Positions 1 through 9,105 of a stretch of 64,000 nt of DNA are shown here, piece by piece. A program made the translations under genes and the position numbers. How positions within the stretch are numbered: position 1 is the stretch's first letter; each line of letters starts with the position of its first letter. The stretch comes from Peptococcia bacterium (GTDB taxonomy: Bacteria; Bacillota; Peptococcia; DRI-13; DTU073), in contig JBMNJJ010000003.1 in the NCBI GenBank assembly GCA_050951605.1, positions 4,510 to 68,509 on the forward strand, in the 5' to 3' direction. Below the pieces are notes generated by a model, which saw only the letters and a program-made list of their open reading frames with translations, had not been told where the DNA came from and did no database searches.

Positions 1-90
1 CATTAATCTTTATCCTTTCCGAACATTAATTTGCACTATTATATAATATTCGACTTGAGACTCCTTTTCCCTTCTTTTCCCTATCCCCTC

Positions 91-124
91 AAAACAACAA
101 AGACCGCGATTTAAATCACGGTCT
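91..124 (-). terminator. Rho-independent terminator closing the codY-downstream structured region
   Basis: On the minus strand AGACCGTG-ATTTAAAT-CGCGGTCT forms an 8-bp stem (one G-U pair). It is followed by TTGTTGTTTT. Confidence 0.6.
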
Positions 125-295
125 TCTGACCAAAGCTACGAATACCCGAGGCAGTACCCAGCTAAAATTAAACGAAGCACGAAATAAAGCAGGAAACGGG
201 AAACGCACCCTTTCCCCCTCCCCTAAAATATAACTGTACCGTTTCGCCGTTCCTTTGCGAAAGTACAGCTATACAGACTTACGAAGATGAGGTTG

Positions 296-328
296 AAAAA
301 GCAAAGGTACTGACAGGACGTCAGTACC
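296..328 (-). terminator. Terminator-like hairpin inside repeat copy 1
   Basis: Minus strand: GGTACTGAC-GTCCT-GTCAGTACC (9-bp stem) followed by TTTGCTTTTT. Confidence 0.5.
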
Positions 329-514
329 AACCCGAATCAGGACAAGGATGTACTGTTGAGGGTGATTTGCTTTCTCCCGAATCAAGTATTAGCCTGTTCT
401 GTACAAAGCAGGAAACGGGAAACGCACCCTTTCCCCCTCCCCTAAAATATAACTGTACCGTTTCGCCGTTCCTTTGCGAAAGTACAGCTATACAGACTTA
501 CGAAGATGAGGTTG

Positions 515-547
515 AAAAAGCAAAGGTACTGACAGGACGTCAGTACC
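515..547 (-). terminator. Terminator-like hairpin inside repeat copy 2 (first one downstream of codY)
   Basis: Identical to 296-328, shifted by 219 bp. It lies about 100 nt after the codY stop. Confidence 0.55.
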
Positions 548-649
548 AACCCGAATCAGGACAAGGATGTACTGTTGAGGGTGATTTGCTTTCTCCCGAA
601 TCAAGTATTAGCCTGTTCTGTACAAAGCAGGAAACGGGAAACGGTACAG

Positions 650-1393
650 TTATATTTGTGCTAATTGCTCATAGAGATAATCATTCAATACCTTAATATA
701 TGTACCTTTCATCCCTAAAGAACGAGCATCAATCACGCCAGCACTTTCTAATTTACGTAAAGCGTTAACAATTACGGAACGAGTAAGCTTATATTCCTCA
801 GCTAACCTGCTGGCAACAAGGAAACCCTCTGAACCTTCGATTTCATTAAAAATATATTTTACAGCTTCCAATTCAGAATAAGAAAGCACTTCCAAAGCTA
901 ACTGTACAACAGTCTTTTTCCGCGCTTCATTTTCCATGCGTTCATTAACCTTCCGTAAAATTTGCATTCCGGCTACACTTGCCCCATATTCCGCTAAAAT
1001 TATTTCCGCAGCAGTATAGGGCTTTCTTTCTCGTGCATAAATAACTGTACCCATTCTTTCGCGATTCCCAACAACCGGTGTCAAAATACAATAGAAATCT
1101 GTACCTTGGGGAACAAAATTAACTTCCGTATGCGTAAACCCAAATAGCCATTGCTGACTATTTTCCGAAAACTGCCCCTTTGCCAGTTCTTCTTCCGGGA
1201 ATATCCCGCCCCGAATAGTAATAATCTCGCCTTTCCCCAACAAAACGCCATTTTTATCGGCAATATAGGCACTAGCTTCTAACAAACGAGAGATTTCTTC
1301 TGCTATTGTGTCATAATTCAGCATTTGTCCTGCCGATTTTTGTAATAACTGATGTAAAGTTCTGGTTTTTTCTAACAACAACTGCATTTCCAT
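650..1393 (-). CDS. codY: GTP/BCAA-sensing pleiotropic transcriptional repressor CodY
   Basis: 247 aa. The C-terminal wHTH ASRLAEEYKLTRSVIVNALRKLESAGVIDARSLGMKGTYIKVLN closely matches the conserved CodY DNA-binding region. The N-terminal half is GAF-like. Confidence 0.93.
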   Translation of the reverse strand: MEMQLLLEKTRTLHQLLQKSAGQMLNYDTIAEEISRLLEASAYIADKNGVLLGKGEIITIRGGIFPEEELAKGQFSENSQQWLFGFTHTEVNFVPQGTDFYCILTPVVGNRERMGTVIYARERKPYTAAEIILAEYGASVAGMQILRKVNERMENEARKKTVVQLALEVLSYSELEAVKYIFNEIEGSEGFLVASRLAEEYKLTRSVIVNALRKLESAGVIDARSLGMKGTYIKVLNDYLYEQLAQI

Positions 1394-1455
1394 AATAAAT
1401 TCCTCCTATAATATAATTTTAGTTGCTGTTAGTAGTATTTCCATCATTTAGTAAT

Positions 1456-1815
1456 TTATACTTTTTCACCAAAATTAATTATTTCCAAGCAATCACCTTT
1501 TTTTAAATTTTTTAATTTGATCGTTCCTGCAGGCAATTCTAAAACCAGATAACTTTCTTTTACTAAAGGAGATTTGCGCCCCGGAGCTATTTCCGGAAAC
1601 AAAGCCACAATTTCTCTTTGTTTATTTAAAAAAAGAACATCAAGGGAAAAAGACATTAAAAAAGTATGAATCTGCCGGCAAGGAACCAGCAGAAGACCTT
1701 CACCCTTTTTTAACTTCTTCCTACCTAACAAACCTATCAAACGCTGAAAAAAATTATAAGCGACCTTAATTTGATCGCCAATAATTTCTCCCTCTTTTTT
1801 CACGATTACCCGCAT
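1456..1815 (-). CDS. DUF192 (COG1430) family protein, last gene of the tad locus
   Basis: 119 aa. Size and pattern (FFQRLIGLLGRK...GEGLLLVPCRQIHTF) fit DUF192. It sits 1 nt after tadC. Confidence 0.6.
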   Translation of the reverse strand: MRVIVKKEGEIIGDQIKVAYNFFQRLIGLLGRKKLKKGEGLLLVPCRQIHTFLMSFSLDVLFLNKQREIVALFPEIAPGRKSPLVKESYLVLELPAGTIKLKNLKKGDCLEIINFGEKV

Positions 1816-1816
1816 T

Positions 1817-2749
1817 TTACATTCCTCCCTTAAAAACCTTGGTTATCTGTAAAACTGCGGGGCCCAACAAGATAATAAAAATACTGGGGAAAATAAAAAG
1901 CACTAAAGGAATTAGCATTTTAATTGGGGCTTTCATCGCTTTTTCTTCAATACGCTGACGTCTTTTTAAACGAACCTGTTCCGCTTGAGTCCGAATAACT
2001 TTACTAATCGAAACCCCCAACTGATCAGCTTGAATCATGGAACTAACAAAAGTAAGTAAGTCCTCGACTCCCGTACGCTCACCTAAATCCTTCAAAGCCT
2101 CCTGTCTTGCTTTCCCCATTTGAATTTCTTGTAAAGTTTTGCGTAATTCCTTACTTAATTCACCCGAAGATTTATTTACAACGCGCATTAAAGCTGAATC
2201 AAAACCTAAACCGGCATCCACACTTACTGTAAGCAAATCTAAAACATCGGGAAGTTCTTTTTGAATAGCTGTCTGTCTTTTATTGATACGTGCCGATAAA
2301 TAAAATTTCCCCATTAATATACCTAAAAGACCACCTAAAATAGCGACGAAAAGCTGTACAATTACCGTTTTTCTTGCTAATAAAGTTAAAAACCAACCTC
2401 CAAATACTAACAAAAAGATTAAACCATACTGTACAGCCTGAAACTCATGAGGTTGCAAATTCCAAGGTTCACCAGCGAATTGTAATTCCCGCTGTAATTT
2501 ATCACGACTTTTTACAGGAATAACTCGATCAAGCACCCGTGATATTTTTAATAAAAGAGGTCTAATTACCCTTTCAAAAAAAGGCTTACTTAATTCGTCC
2601 TCCTCTAATTTTTTATGTGCTGCCTGACTCATTACTATTTTTTTCAGACGCTTTAAAAGAATATTTCGTTCACGAAACCTACTATTGATAATAGCAATAA
2701 CTAACAATGTGACAAAAATAAACGTTGAAAAAAGTACTTTAATCATCAT
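1817..2749 (-). CDS. tadC: Tad pilus inner-membrane platform protein TadC-like (T2SS F domain)
   Basis: 310 aa: N-terminal TM, cytoplasmic helical domain, C-terminal TM pair. It is a paralog of the adjacent TadB-like ORF and lies downstream of cpaF. Confidence 0.75.
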   Translation of the reverse strand: MMIKVLFSTFIFVTLLVIAIINSRFRERNILLKRLKKIVMSQAAHKKLEEDELSKPFFERVIRPLLLKISRVLDRVIPVKSRDKLQRELQFAGEPWNLQPHEFQAVQYGLIFLLVFGGWFLTLLARKTVIVQLFVAILGGLLGILMGKFYLSARINKRQTAIQKELPDVLDLLTVSVDAGLGFDSALMRVVNKSSGELSKELRKTLQEIQMGKARQEALKDLGERTGVEDLLTFVSSMIQADQLGVSISKVIRTQAEQVRLKRRQRIEEKAMKAPIKMLIPLVLFIFPSIFIILLGPAVLQITKVFKGGM

Positions 2750-2761
2750 TTTTTCCCCTCA

Positions 2762-3745
2762 TTAAAAATCAATTGACACAACTTTCTTGATACATATGAC
2801 TCCAATAATTTCCCCCACAATTCCGGCTGTCAACATCGTTAGCCCCAAAGAGGAATGAAATAGGGGCACTAGATAACCAGGGTTTATCAACAACATAATC
2901 CCAATTAAAAAAAGAGGGATTATGCCAATAACTATTCCCGATAACCTTCCCTGTGCCGTTAAAGTCTTCACTTCTCCTTGAATACGAATTCGATCTCTAA
3001 TTGTATAAGAAATCGTATCCATTATTTCTGCTAAATTACCACCAATTTGCCTCTGAATTAATACCGCTGTAATAATTAATTCTAAATCATCACTAGCTAC
3101 ACGTTGTCCCAAATTATTTAAAGCATCTTCAACAGTCGTTCCCAGCTTGATTTCGCGAAAAGTCCTCCCGAACTCTTTACCCAGGGGGTTGGGCATCTCT
3201 CTACCTACTAATTCTATCGCTTGCATAAAACTATGTCCGGCACGCAGAGAATTAGAAATAATCGCTAAAGCATCCACTAACTGCTGATTAAACTTTTTTA
3301 ATTTCTTTTGCTGAGCTTTATTCACAAACAAAGGCGGAACAAAAAAACCAATAAAACATAAAATTAATCCCCAAAGCAAATTTTTCGTTACAAGAAACAA
3401 TAAAAATCCGGGCACTAGAGTAGCTAATAACCAAAGTACTAAATACTCTTCGCCTCTTAAAGGAAGGTCTGCTTTAATCATTTTTTCTTCGAGAGGTTTA
3501 ATTATACCCCGCCGTTCTAATATCTTACCCACAAAAGCAATGACCTTTTGGGCACCCACAAAAATTACTTTTTCTGTTTCAATTTCATTATTTACTTTAT
3601 GTTGCTGCGAATTTTTTAAACTCTTCATCCGCAACCGGACTTTTCTTTTCTTCTGAAAAAACCAACGCTCTAAAGCCAGTATAAAGAAAAATACCGTGAA
3701 AAAACTACAAAAACAGGTCAGGAGTATTTTCATCTTTCGTTTCAC
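2762..3745 (-). CDS. tadB: Tad pilus inner-membrane platform protein TadB-like (T2SS F domain)
   Basis: 327 aa with GspF-like architecture, immediately downstream of the CpaF ATPase. Confidence 0.75.
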   Translation of the reverse strand: MKRKMKILLTCFCSFFTVFFFILALERWFFQKKRKVRLRMKSLKNSQQHKVNNEIETEKVIFVGAQKVIAFVGKILERRGIIKPLEEKMIKADLPLRGEEYLVLWLLATLVPGFLLFLVTKNLLWGLILCFIGFFVPPLFVNKAQQKKLKKFNQQLVDALAIISNSLRAGHSFMQAIELVGREMPNPLGKEFGRTFREIKLGTTVEDALNNLGQRVASDDLELIITAVLIQRQIGGNLAEIMDTISYTIRDRIRIQGEVKTLTAQGRLSGIVIGIIPLFLIGIMLLINPGYLVPLFHSSLGLTMLTAGIVGEIIGVICIKKVVSIDF

Positions 3746-3775
3746 CCCTAAAAAACATAATTAATAACACTTCCT

Positions 3776-5134
3776 TTAATTAAGAAAAAGGTCATCAGAG
3801 ACATAGATTCCCGCAGCCGCTAACTTTTCCATAAACTTGGGCTTAATTCCTGTCGCTTGAAAATATCCCTTAACCCTACCACGATTGTCTACACCTTCTG
3901 TCACATAAACAAAAATATTTTGTAGAGTAATAATATCTCCTTCCATTCCTACCACCTCAGTCAAATGAGTAATCTTTCGACTACCATCTCGAAAACGAGT
4001 TTGCTGAACAACAAGGTCAAAAGCAGAAGACATTTGTTCACGAATAGCTCGAATAGGTAACTCCATTCCTGCCATCATCACCATCGTCTCCAAACGAGAA
4101 AGAATATCACGGGGAGAATTAGCGTGCCCGGTAGTCAAAGAACCATCATGCCCGGTATTCATTGCTTGCAACATATCCAAAGCTTCCCCGGAACGAACTT
4201 CTCCGACAATAATTCTTTCCGGTCGCATCCGCAAAGCATTACGTACCAAGTCTCTAATTGCAATAGCTCCTTTACCTTCGATATTAGGTGGTCTGCTTTC
4301 TAATGTAATTACATGTTCTTGGCGTAATTGAAGTTCTGCTGCATCTTCAATCGTCACAATCCTTTCCGACTCCGGAATAAAAGAAGAAAGAACATTAAGA
4401 GTACTGGTCTTACCACTACCTGTACCCCCCGAAATAATAATATTTAATCTTCCTTTAACACAAGCCTCTAAAAAAGTGGCCATTTGCGGTGTCAAAGTAC
4501 CAAATCTAATCAAGTCATAAATAGTCAAAGGGTCTCGCGAAAATTTTCTGATTGTAATTACCGGACCAATTAAAGAAAGAGGTGGAATAATTGCATTAAC
4601 TCTGGAACCATCAGGGAGACGAGCATCCACCATAGGCATAGACTCATCAATCCTACGTCCTAAAGGTGAAACTATTTTATCAATGATATGCAGAACATGT
4701 TTCTCATCACGAAAAGTTACGTCGGTTTTTTGCAATTTCCCCTGACGTTCCACAAAAACTTGCTGAGGACCATTAACCATAATTTCTGATACTTCCGGAT
4801 CCCTAATTAAGGATTCAATGGGACCAAAACCTATTACTTCATCGATAATCTCCATGGTTATTTTTTGTCGCTCCACTCGCGGCAAACTGCCGGCCTCGCG
4901 ATCTACAATTTGATTAATCAATTCTTCCACTCTTTGTGTATATTGTTCATCCTTTAACGAGGGCTGTTCATTCTTATCCTTCAACTCAAGGTCCAAAGTT
5001 TCAATTACCTCTCGATGCACTTTAATTTTTAACTCACGATAAGGGTCTCCTGAAGCCTGAGGTTGTCTCGTTTCTACCTCACCGGATTGTATCTGCCCTG
5101 CTCTTTCTTTTTCTAAACGTTTTAACAAAGACAT
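3776..5134 (-). CDS. cpaF: CpaF/TadA family secretion ATPase
   Basis: 452 aa. Walker A GGTGSGKTS, the EDAAEL Asp box, and His-box-like MNTGHDGSLTTGHAN are typical of CpaF/VirB11-like ATPases. Confidence 0.92.
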   Translation of the reverse strand: MSLLKRLEKERAGQIQSGEVETRQPQASGDPYRELKIKVHREVIETLDLELKDKNEQPSLKDEQYTQRVEELINQIVDREAGSLPRVERQKITMEIIDEVIGFGPIESLIRDPEVSEIMVNGPQQVFVERQGKLQKTDVTFRDEKHVLHIIDKIVSPLGRRIDESMPMVDARLPDGSRVNAIIPPLSLIGPVITIRKFSRDPLTIYDLIRFGTLTPQMATFLEACVKGRLNIIISGGTGSGKTSTLNVLSSFIPESERIVTIEDAAELQLRQEHVITLESRPPNIEGKGAIAIRDLVRNALRMRPERIIVGEVRSGEALDMLQAMNTGHDGSLTTGHANSPRDILSRLETMVMMAGMELPIRAIREQMSSAFDLVVQQTRFRDGSRKITHLTEVVGMEGDIITLQNIFVYVTEGVDNRGRVKGYFQATGIKPKFMEKLAAAGIYVSDDLFLN

Positions 5135-5146
5135 CTTTACTCACCT

Positions 5147-6346
5147 CTATTTAAACCAACGACTAAAAAAACCTTGCTTATTTTTAACTTTTAAATCTTC
5201 CTGGTAACCTTTATCCTTAATCACCAAATTACTAACCTCATGTACAGCCTTACTGACTCTAGCTGTAGGATGAGATAAAACAAAAGGGATCCCTTCATTA
5301 AGTGCCGGTACAACAATCTTCCCTTCACTAGGAATATAACCGGCAATCAAAAAATTCAAAGTCTCTTCCGCATCGGCAATCGTAATCCCCATATCATCAG
5401 AAGCTCTATTTAAAATAAGCTTCGTTTTTTCCGCATGCTGTAAAGACTGCAAAAGTTCTAAGCTTAGTTTAATGTTTTTAATTGTCGCTAAATCCATCGC
5501 TAAAACCAATAATATCTGCGTAGACAAATCTAAAGCAGTAAGATTCGTATCATTAAAAAAAGGAGGTGTATCAATAACAATATAATCATAACTTAATTTA
5601 AGAAGATTAATAACATCCTGTATATGCTCGGCCGTAACCAATTCTGCATATTCCGGTCGTCCGGGAGCAGAGAGAATTTTCACACCTGAAACATGTGGAA
5701 CAAGATAACTTTCTAATAACTCTATATCCCAAACATCCCTCTCCTGAGCTAATTCAGAAAAAGTACGACGAGGAAATAGGTTTAAAAAAACAGAAACATC
5801 CCCAAATTGCAAATCCAAATCAAGCAATACTACTTTTTGCTTTCTTTTCGCTAAAAGAACCGCTAAATTAACGGCAACAGTAGTTTTCCCTACACCACCT
5901 TTAGTTCCGAATACCGTAATAACTTCACTTTTTTGTTTTTTCCCTTGCCAATCACTTTGAGCCAATCTTTTAGTTTCTACCTGAAAAACTTTTTTAATGG
6001 TCTTAATTAATTCCTCGCCAGAAAAAGGTTTTTCTAAAAAATCACGTGCCCCGGCTAACATAGCACTCCGTAAATATTCTTGGTCACCTTTCTCACTCAG
6101 CATAATTACCGCAGTACCGGGAATCTCTGTGGTAATCTTTCCCGTAGCGTTTAAACCATCCAACCCCGGTATATTAACATCCATTAAAACAACATCAGGC
6201 TGTAAAGCTTTACACTTCTGCACAGCCTCCATTCCTTCGCAAGCCTCACTAACCACAATCAGTTCTTCTTCGACAGAAAGCATTTGGGCAAGACTAGCTC
6301 TGCTCTCCTCGTGGGCATCGGCGATTAAAACACGTATCAAATCCAT
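5147..6346 (-). CDS. Response-regulator receiver fused to CpaE/TadZ-like ParA/MinD ATPase
   Basis: 399 aa. N-terminal REC domain (VLMDVNIPGLDG, EKPF). Deviant Walker A GTKGGVGKTT in the C-terminal half. Confidence 0.85.
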   Translation of the reverse strand: MDLIRVLIADAHEESRASLAQMLSVEEELIVVSEACEGMEAVQKCKALQPDVVLMDVNIPGLDGLNATGKITTEIPGTAVIMLSEKGDQEYLRSAMLAGARDFLEKPFSGEELIKTIKKVFQVETKRLAQSDWQGKKQKSEVITVFGTKGGVGKTTVAVNLAVLLAKRKQKVVLLDLDLQFGDVSVFLNLFPRRTFSELAQERDVWDIELLESYLVPHVSGVKILSAPGRPEYAELVTAEHIQDVINLLKLSYDYIVIDTPPFFNDTNLTALDLSTQILLVLAMDLATIKNIKLSLELLQSLQHAEKTKLILNRASDDMGITIADAEETLNFLIAGYIPSEGKIVVPALNEGIPFVLSHPTARVSKAVHEVSNLVIKDKGYQEDLKVKNKQGFFSRWFK

Positions 6347-6358
6347 CTACTTTCCCCC

Positions 6359-7075
6359 TCATTCAACAAAATCCTGTGCCTTAAAGGGAACGGTCCAGGC
6401 AATGCTATCATCCACAGGTGAACGCAATAACAAGCGCAAAGAACCTTTTTGTCCTGCCAGTAGCAAGGACTGAGCCTCTTGTATCGTCACCGCAAGAGTA
6501 ATCGTCTTTTTAGCATTACTATCTGTTTCCATTTTACTATTTTTATCACTCATTTTTTTCCCTACAGCTAGAATCGGAATATTTTGCAGAACAATAAGAG
6601 AAGAAAGCTCTTCTCCTCCTATGCCGTCAGGGAAACTCATAATCGCCGCTACATCAACATGGTCCCCCGGTTTAAGCAGCCCCGCTACCCCGCTTACTTC
6701 ATCTACGGCAATACTGATCGCCCTTTTCCCTACCGGAACAAGATACGCCAACCCATTTTTTACCTCACCCGGAGTAGCAAGTTTGCTTTTTAAAACTTGT
6801 TCCCCATTTACCACAGAAGTCAAACTAATACAACCTACAGCCTCCTCCATTTTCTGTAACGCTTGAGGATGAATATAATCCATCGGTACTTTCTTTATAG
6901 TCAACATTTCTCGCGTCAAAAGGGTTTGGGGAGCAATATCACAAGCGGCAACAACAATTTCCTCCCTTGAACCCTCTATCGTTTTTTTCTCTACGGAAAC
7001 CAAAAAACCATAAAGAAAATAAGTTGTTAATAAGCCGAAAATTACAGCTAATGCATAAATCCACTTGTTTTTCAA
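6359..7075 (-). CDS. cpaB: Flp pilus assembly protein CpaB/RcpC-like
   Basis: 238 aa. N-terminal TM anchor plus GKRAISIAVDEVSGVAGLLKPGDHVDV, a typical CpaB-domain pattern. Position in the locus fits. Confidence 0.75.
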   Translation of the reverse strand: MKNKWIYALAVIFGLLTTYFLYGFLVSVEKKTIEGSREEIVVAACDIAPQTLLTREMLTIKKVPMDYIHPQALQKMEEAVGCISLTSVVNGEQVLKSKLATPGEVKNGLAYLVPVGKRAISIAVDEVSGVAGLLKPGDHVDVAAIMSFPDGIGGEELSSLIVLQNIPILAVGKKMSDKNSKMETDSNAKKTITLAVTIQEAQSLLLAGQKGSLRLLLRSPVDDSIAWTVPFKAQDFVE

Positions 7076-7089
7076 AAAAACACCCCCGA

Positions 7090-8034
7090 TTAATAACTTA
7101 AATGTGAACTATATAAACCATAATCAGCCGCCTGCTCTTCGGTCATCTCCCCCGGTAAGTGCAGACGCAAAAATTTTCCCCAAACATAATTATCTCTGCC
7201 TTGTCCCTCTACTCTTTCTAAGAAAAATAGAGCAAAGCCTTGTACTTTAACAGTTTTCCCCCCACAAGGTTGTACAACGGGAACTATCACTAAACGAGGA
7301 CAATCACGCACAAAACTTTCACCGGTACAAGCGGGAGTATGTTTACACTCAGCCAAACGATATTCAACCCCACGTGTAGTTGGCCCCGACATATTCCCAC
7401 TTTCTATTTCCAAAATATCATCAATTTTTAACTCTGCCTGATAACCAAATTTTAAATTATTTTCATATGCTTTAGCTCCATTACCACCTAAACGCAAAGC
7501 ACCAAACCAACCGGAATGATGTGCTCCACCCGGCTGACCCCCTGCCCCGGATTTTAAAATATATTCTTCATTATAAATAAGCTCTTGATTTTCAATACAA
7601 AAAGGCACCGCTCCCACTACAGAAGAAAGGTTCTCCACTTTAGCTCCGGCACCCTTAACTACATCTGTCGAAGAAATCCCCAAAACTCGAGCAAAGAAAT
7701 GGTTTACTGTCCTTCTGGCTTGAACCTTAATGCTCCGTTGGTCAGCACCAATCTCAATATTTAAATTTTCCGGTGATACACCATTTTTCACAGCAAAACT
7801 TTCGGCCAATTGATAAGCTAAAACAGGGTCAGCAGGAAGAGCCTGAATACCGGCTAAAGCTGCTGCATCCACTGCATTAGAAATTTTAAGGTTATGAAGA
7901 TAAACTACACCGGCATCAACTACTAAAGCGGTAACGCCAAGCAAAGCAGTAAGGGCTAACGCCATGAGGACAGCAACCGCGCCCTTTTTTTCACACATTT
8001 TCTGTCTAATTTTACAAAATAGCATCCACCCCAA
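7090..8034 (-). CDS. TadG-like/TadE-G-like pseudopilin (start codon uncertain)
   Basis: The N-terminal hydrophobic segment GAVAVLMALALTALLGVTALVVDAGVVY is typical of the TadE/G-like N-terminal domain. The real start may be the internal MCEKKG. Confidence 0.6.
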   Translation of the reverse strand: MGWMLFCKIRQKMCEKKGAVAVLMALALTALLGVTALVVDAGVVYLHNLKISNAVDAAALAGIQALPADPVLAYQLAESFAVKNGVSPENLNIEIGADQRSIKVQARRTVNHFFARVLGISSTDVVKGAGAKVENLSSVVGAVPFCIENQELIYNEEYILKSGAGGQPGGAHHSGWFGALRLGGNGAKAYENNLKFGYQAELKIDDILEIESGNMSGPTTRGVEYRLAECKHTPACTGESFVRDCPRLVIVPVVQPCGGKTVKVQGFALFFLERVEGQGRDNYVWGKFLRLHLPGEMTEEQAADYGLYSSHLSY

Positions 8035-8046
8035 CTCCCTTCTCCT

Positions 8047-8457
8047 TTATTCGACCCTCATCACCGAAGTCCCTGCTACAGTAAACGGATTACCGATAAT
8101 CTCGGGAATTATCGGCATATATAGAGTTACTTGATAATTAACCGTGACTTGAATGTCACCACCCTTAATCGGGCCTGTCCTTTCTATCTCTATCGCTAAT
8201 TTCTCGGGATTCTCGGAGTCAAAAAGCACAGCAGCGGATTTTGTTTGGATTCTTGTCACAATTTCACTGTCTGTAGCCCCTACAGCACCATGGCGAGCCC
8301 CGTCTCTTGCTCCATGAGTTACAATAATACTGGCACTCATCACGCGCCCAAACTCAATAATTCCGAAAAGTAAAAGTAAAAGAAGAGGAAGAATCAAAGC
8401 CATTTCTACTAATGCCTGACCTTTCCTCTGCCTCCTAATTTTCTTCAACATAGCCAT
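8047..8457 (-). CDS. tadE: TadE-like pseudopilin
   Basis: 136 aa. GQALVEMALILPLLLLLLFGIIEFGRV is a TadE-family N-terminus. Confidence 0.75.
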   Translation of the reverse strand: MAMLKKIRRQRKGQALVEMALILPLLLLLLFGIIEFGRVMSASIIVTHGARDGARHGAVGATDSEIVTRIQTKSAAVLFDSENPEKLAIEIERTGPIKGGDIQVTVNYQVTLYMPIIPEIIGNPFTVAGTSVMRVE

Positions 8458-8993
8458 TCACCTACCAGACAAACTATTGTCCCTAAAACAATAGCTAATC
8501 CATATGGTAATGCCGCTATATCATCATTCTCTAAACTACCAAAGTTGCAAATTCGGAAACAGGAAAAAAGAAAAACTTTTAACGCACTCCCAAGATTACA
8601 TAACGTCTTTTTCAATCTTTTTTCTTTTAATAAAAACAGAAAAGAAAAAACGCCGCCCAGAATTGCCGCACAAAGAAACGCTTTAAATACAAAAAGCGCC
8701 CCTTTAAAAGAACCCACCACTCCTAAAAGTTTAACATCACCCGCACCTATTCCGCCCATTGCAAAAGGGATAAAAAGAAGGGCTAATCCTACTAAAGTAC
8801 CTTTTACCCAAAAAAGTGCTCCCCCCGACCCTTGTAAAAAAAGATGAACAATTAAAGCTATTAATGTTGCGGGGAAAACAATAATATTTAATATTTTCCG
8901 TTCTTTCAAATCTGTATAACAGCAAATTAAGAGGACAACTAATAAGAGCAGGTCCGGTAACCCAACAGAAGATAGTATCCCTATCACCCTCAT
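8445..8993 (-). CDS. cpaA: A24-family prepilin peptidase CpaA/TadV
   Basis: 182 aa polytopic protein. It has YTDLKERKI (first Asp) and GIGAGDVKLLG (second catalytic Asp motif). Confidence 0.85.
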   Translation of the reverse strand: MRVIGILSSVGLPDLLLLVVLLICCYTDLKERKILNIIVFPATLIALIVHLFLQGSGGALFWVKGTLVGLALLFIPFAMGGIGAGDVKLLGVVGSFKGALFVFKAFLCAAILGGVFSFLFLLKEKRLKKTLCNLGSALKVFLFSCFRICNFGSLENDDIAALPYGLAIVLGTIVCLVGEWLC

Positions 8994-9105
8994 TAGACTC
9001 CCCCCTTTTTACTAGCTAAAGCTATAATTTATATACAAAAACTATATATAAAAACTTAACTTGAGTTTGGATATTTTCCCTTAAATATACCTCTAAAGGG
9101 TAAAT

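Larger units (their letters stand above)
186..641. repeat. 219-bp tandem direct repeat, 2 full identical copies (186-404, 405-623) plus a ~17-nt third start
   Basis: Read directly: AAAGCAGGAAACGGGAAACG recurs at 186, 405 and 624. The two full units look identical base for base. Each unit holds several strong hairpins. Confidence 0.9.

Noticed and set aside
186-641. Tandem T-box or other riboswitch leaders for the gene starting at the left window edge
   Set aside because: The minus strand has GGGTTGGTAC next to a terminator hairpin, which vaguely recalls the T-box motif. I could not find a Stem I K-turn, specifier loop, AG bulge or other conserved T-box elements, nor any riboswitch consensus I know. 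Exact duplication is also unlike natural tandem riboswitches. Only a covariance-model scan could revive this idea.
367-696. 109-aa plus-strand ORF with an internally repeated peptide (LLSPESSISLFCTKQETGN twice)
   Set aside because: It exists only because the 219-bp repeat is a multiple of 3. It has a TTG start with no RBS, and the same frame in copy 1 has no start codon. The sequence is dominated by hairpins, and the ORF runs antisense into codY. I treat it as non-coding.
5997-6866. Antisense ORFs inside the tad genes (5997-6473, 6584-6793, 6621-6866). Similar ones occur elsewhere: 1081-1272, 8504-8925, 13696-13902, 22562-23401, 29050-29472, 30471-32021, 49286-50115 and 52163-52678
   Set aside because: All are shadow ORFs overlapping (mostly antisense to) genes with strong family signatures. 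They have low-complexity or biased composition and lack an RBS.
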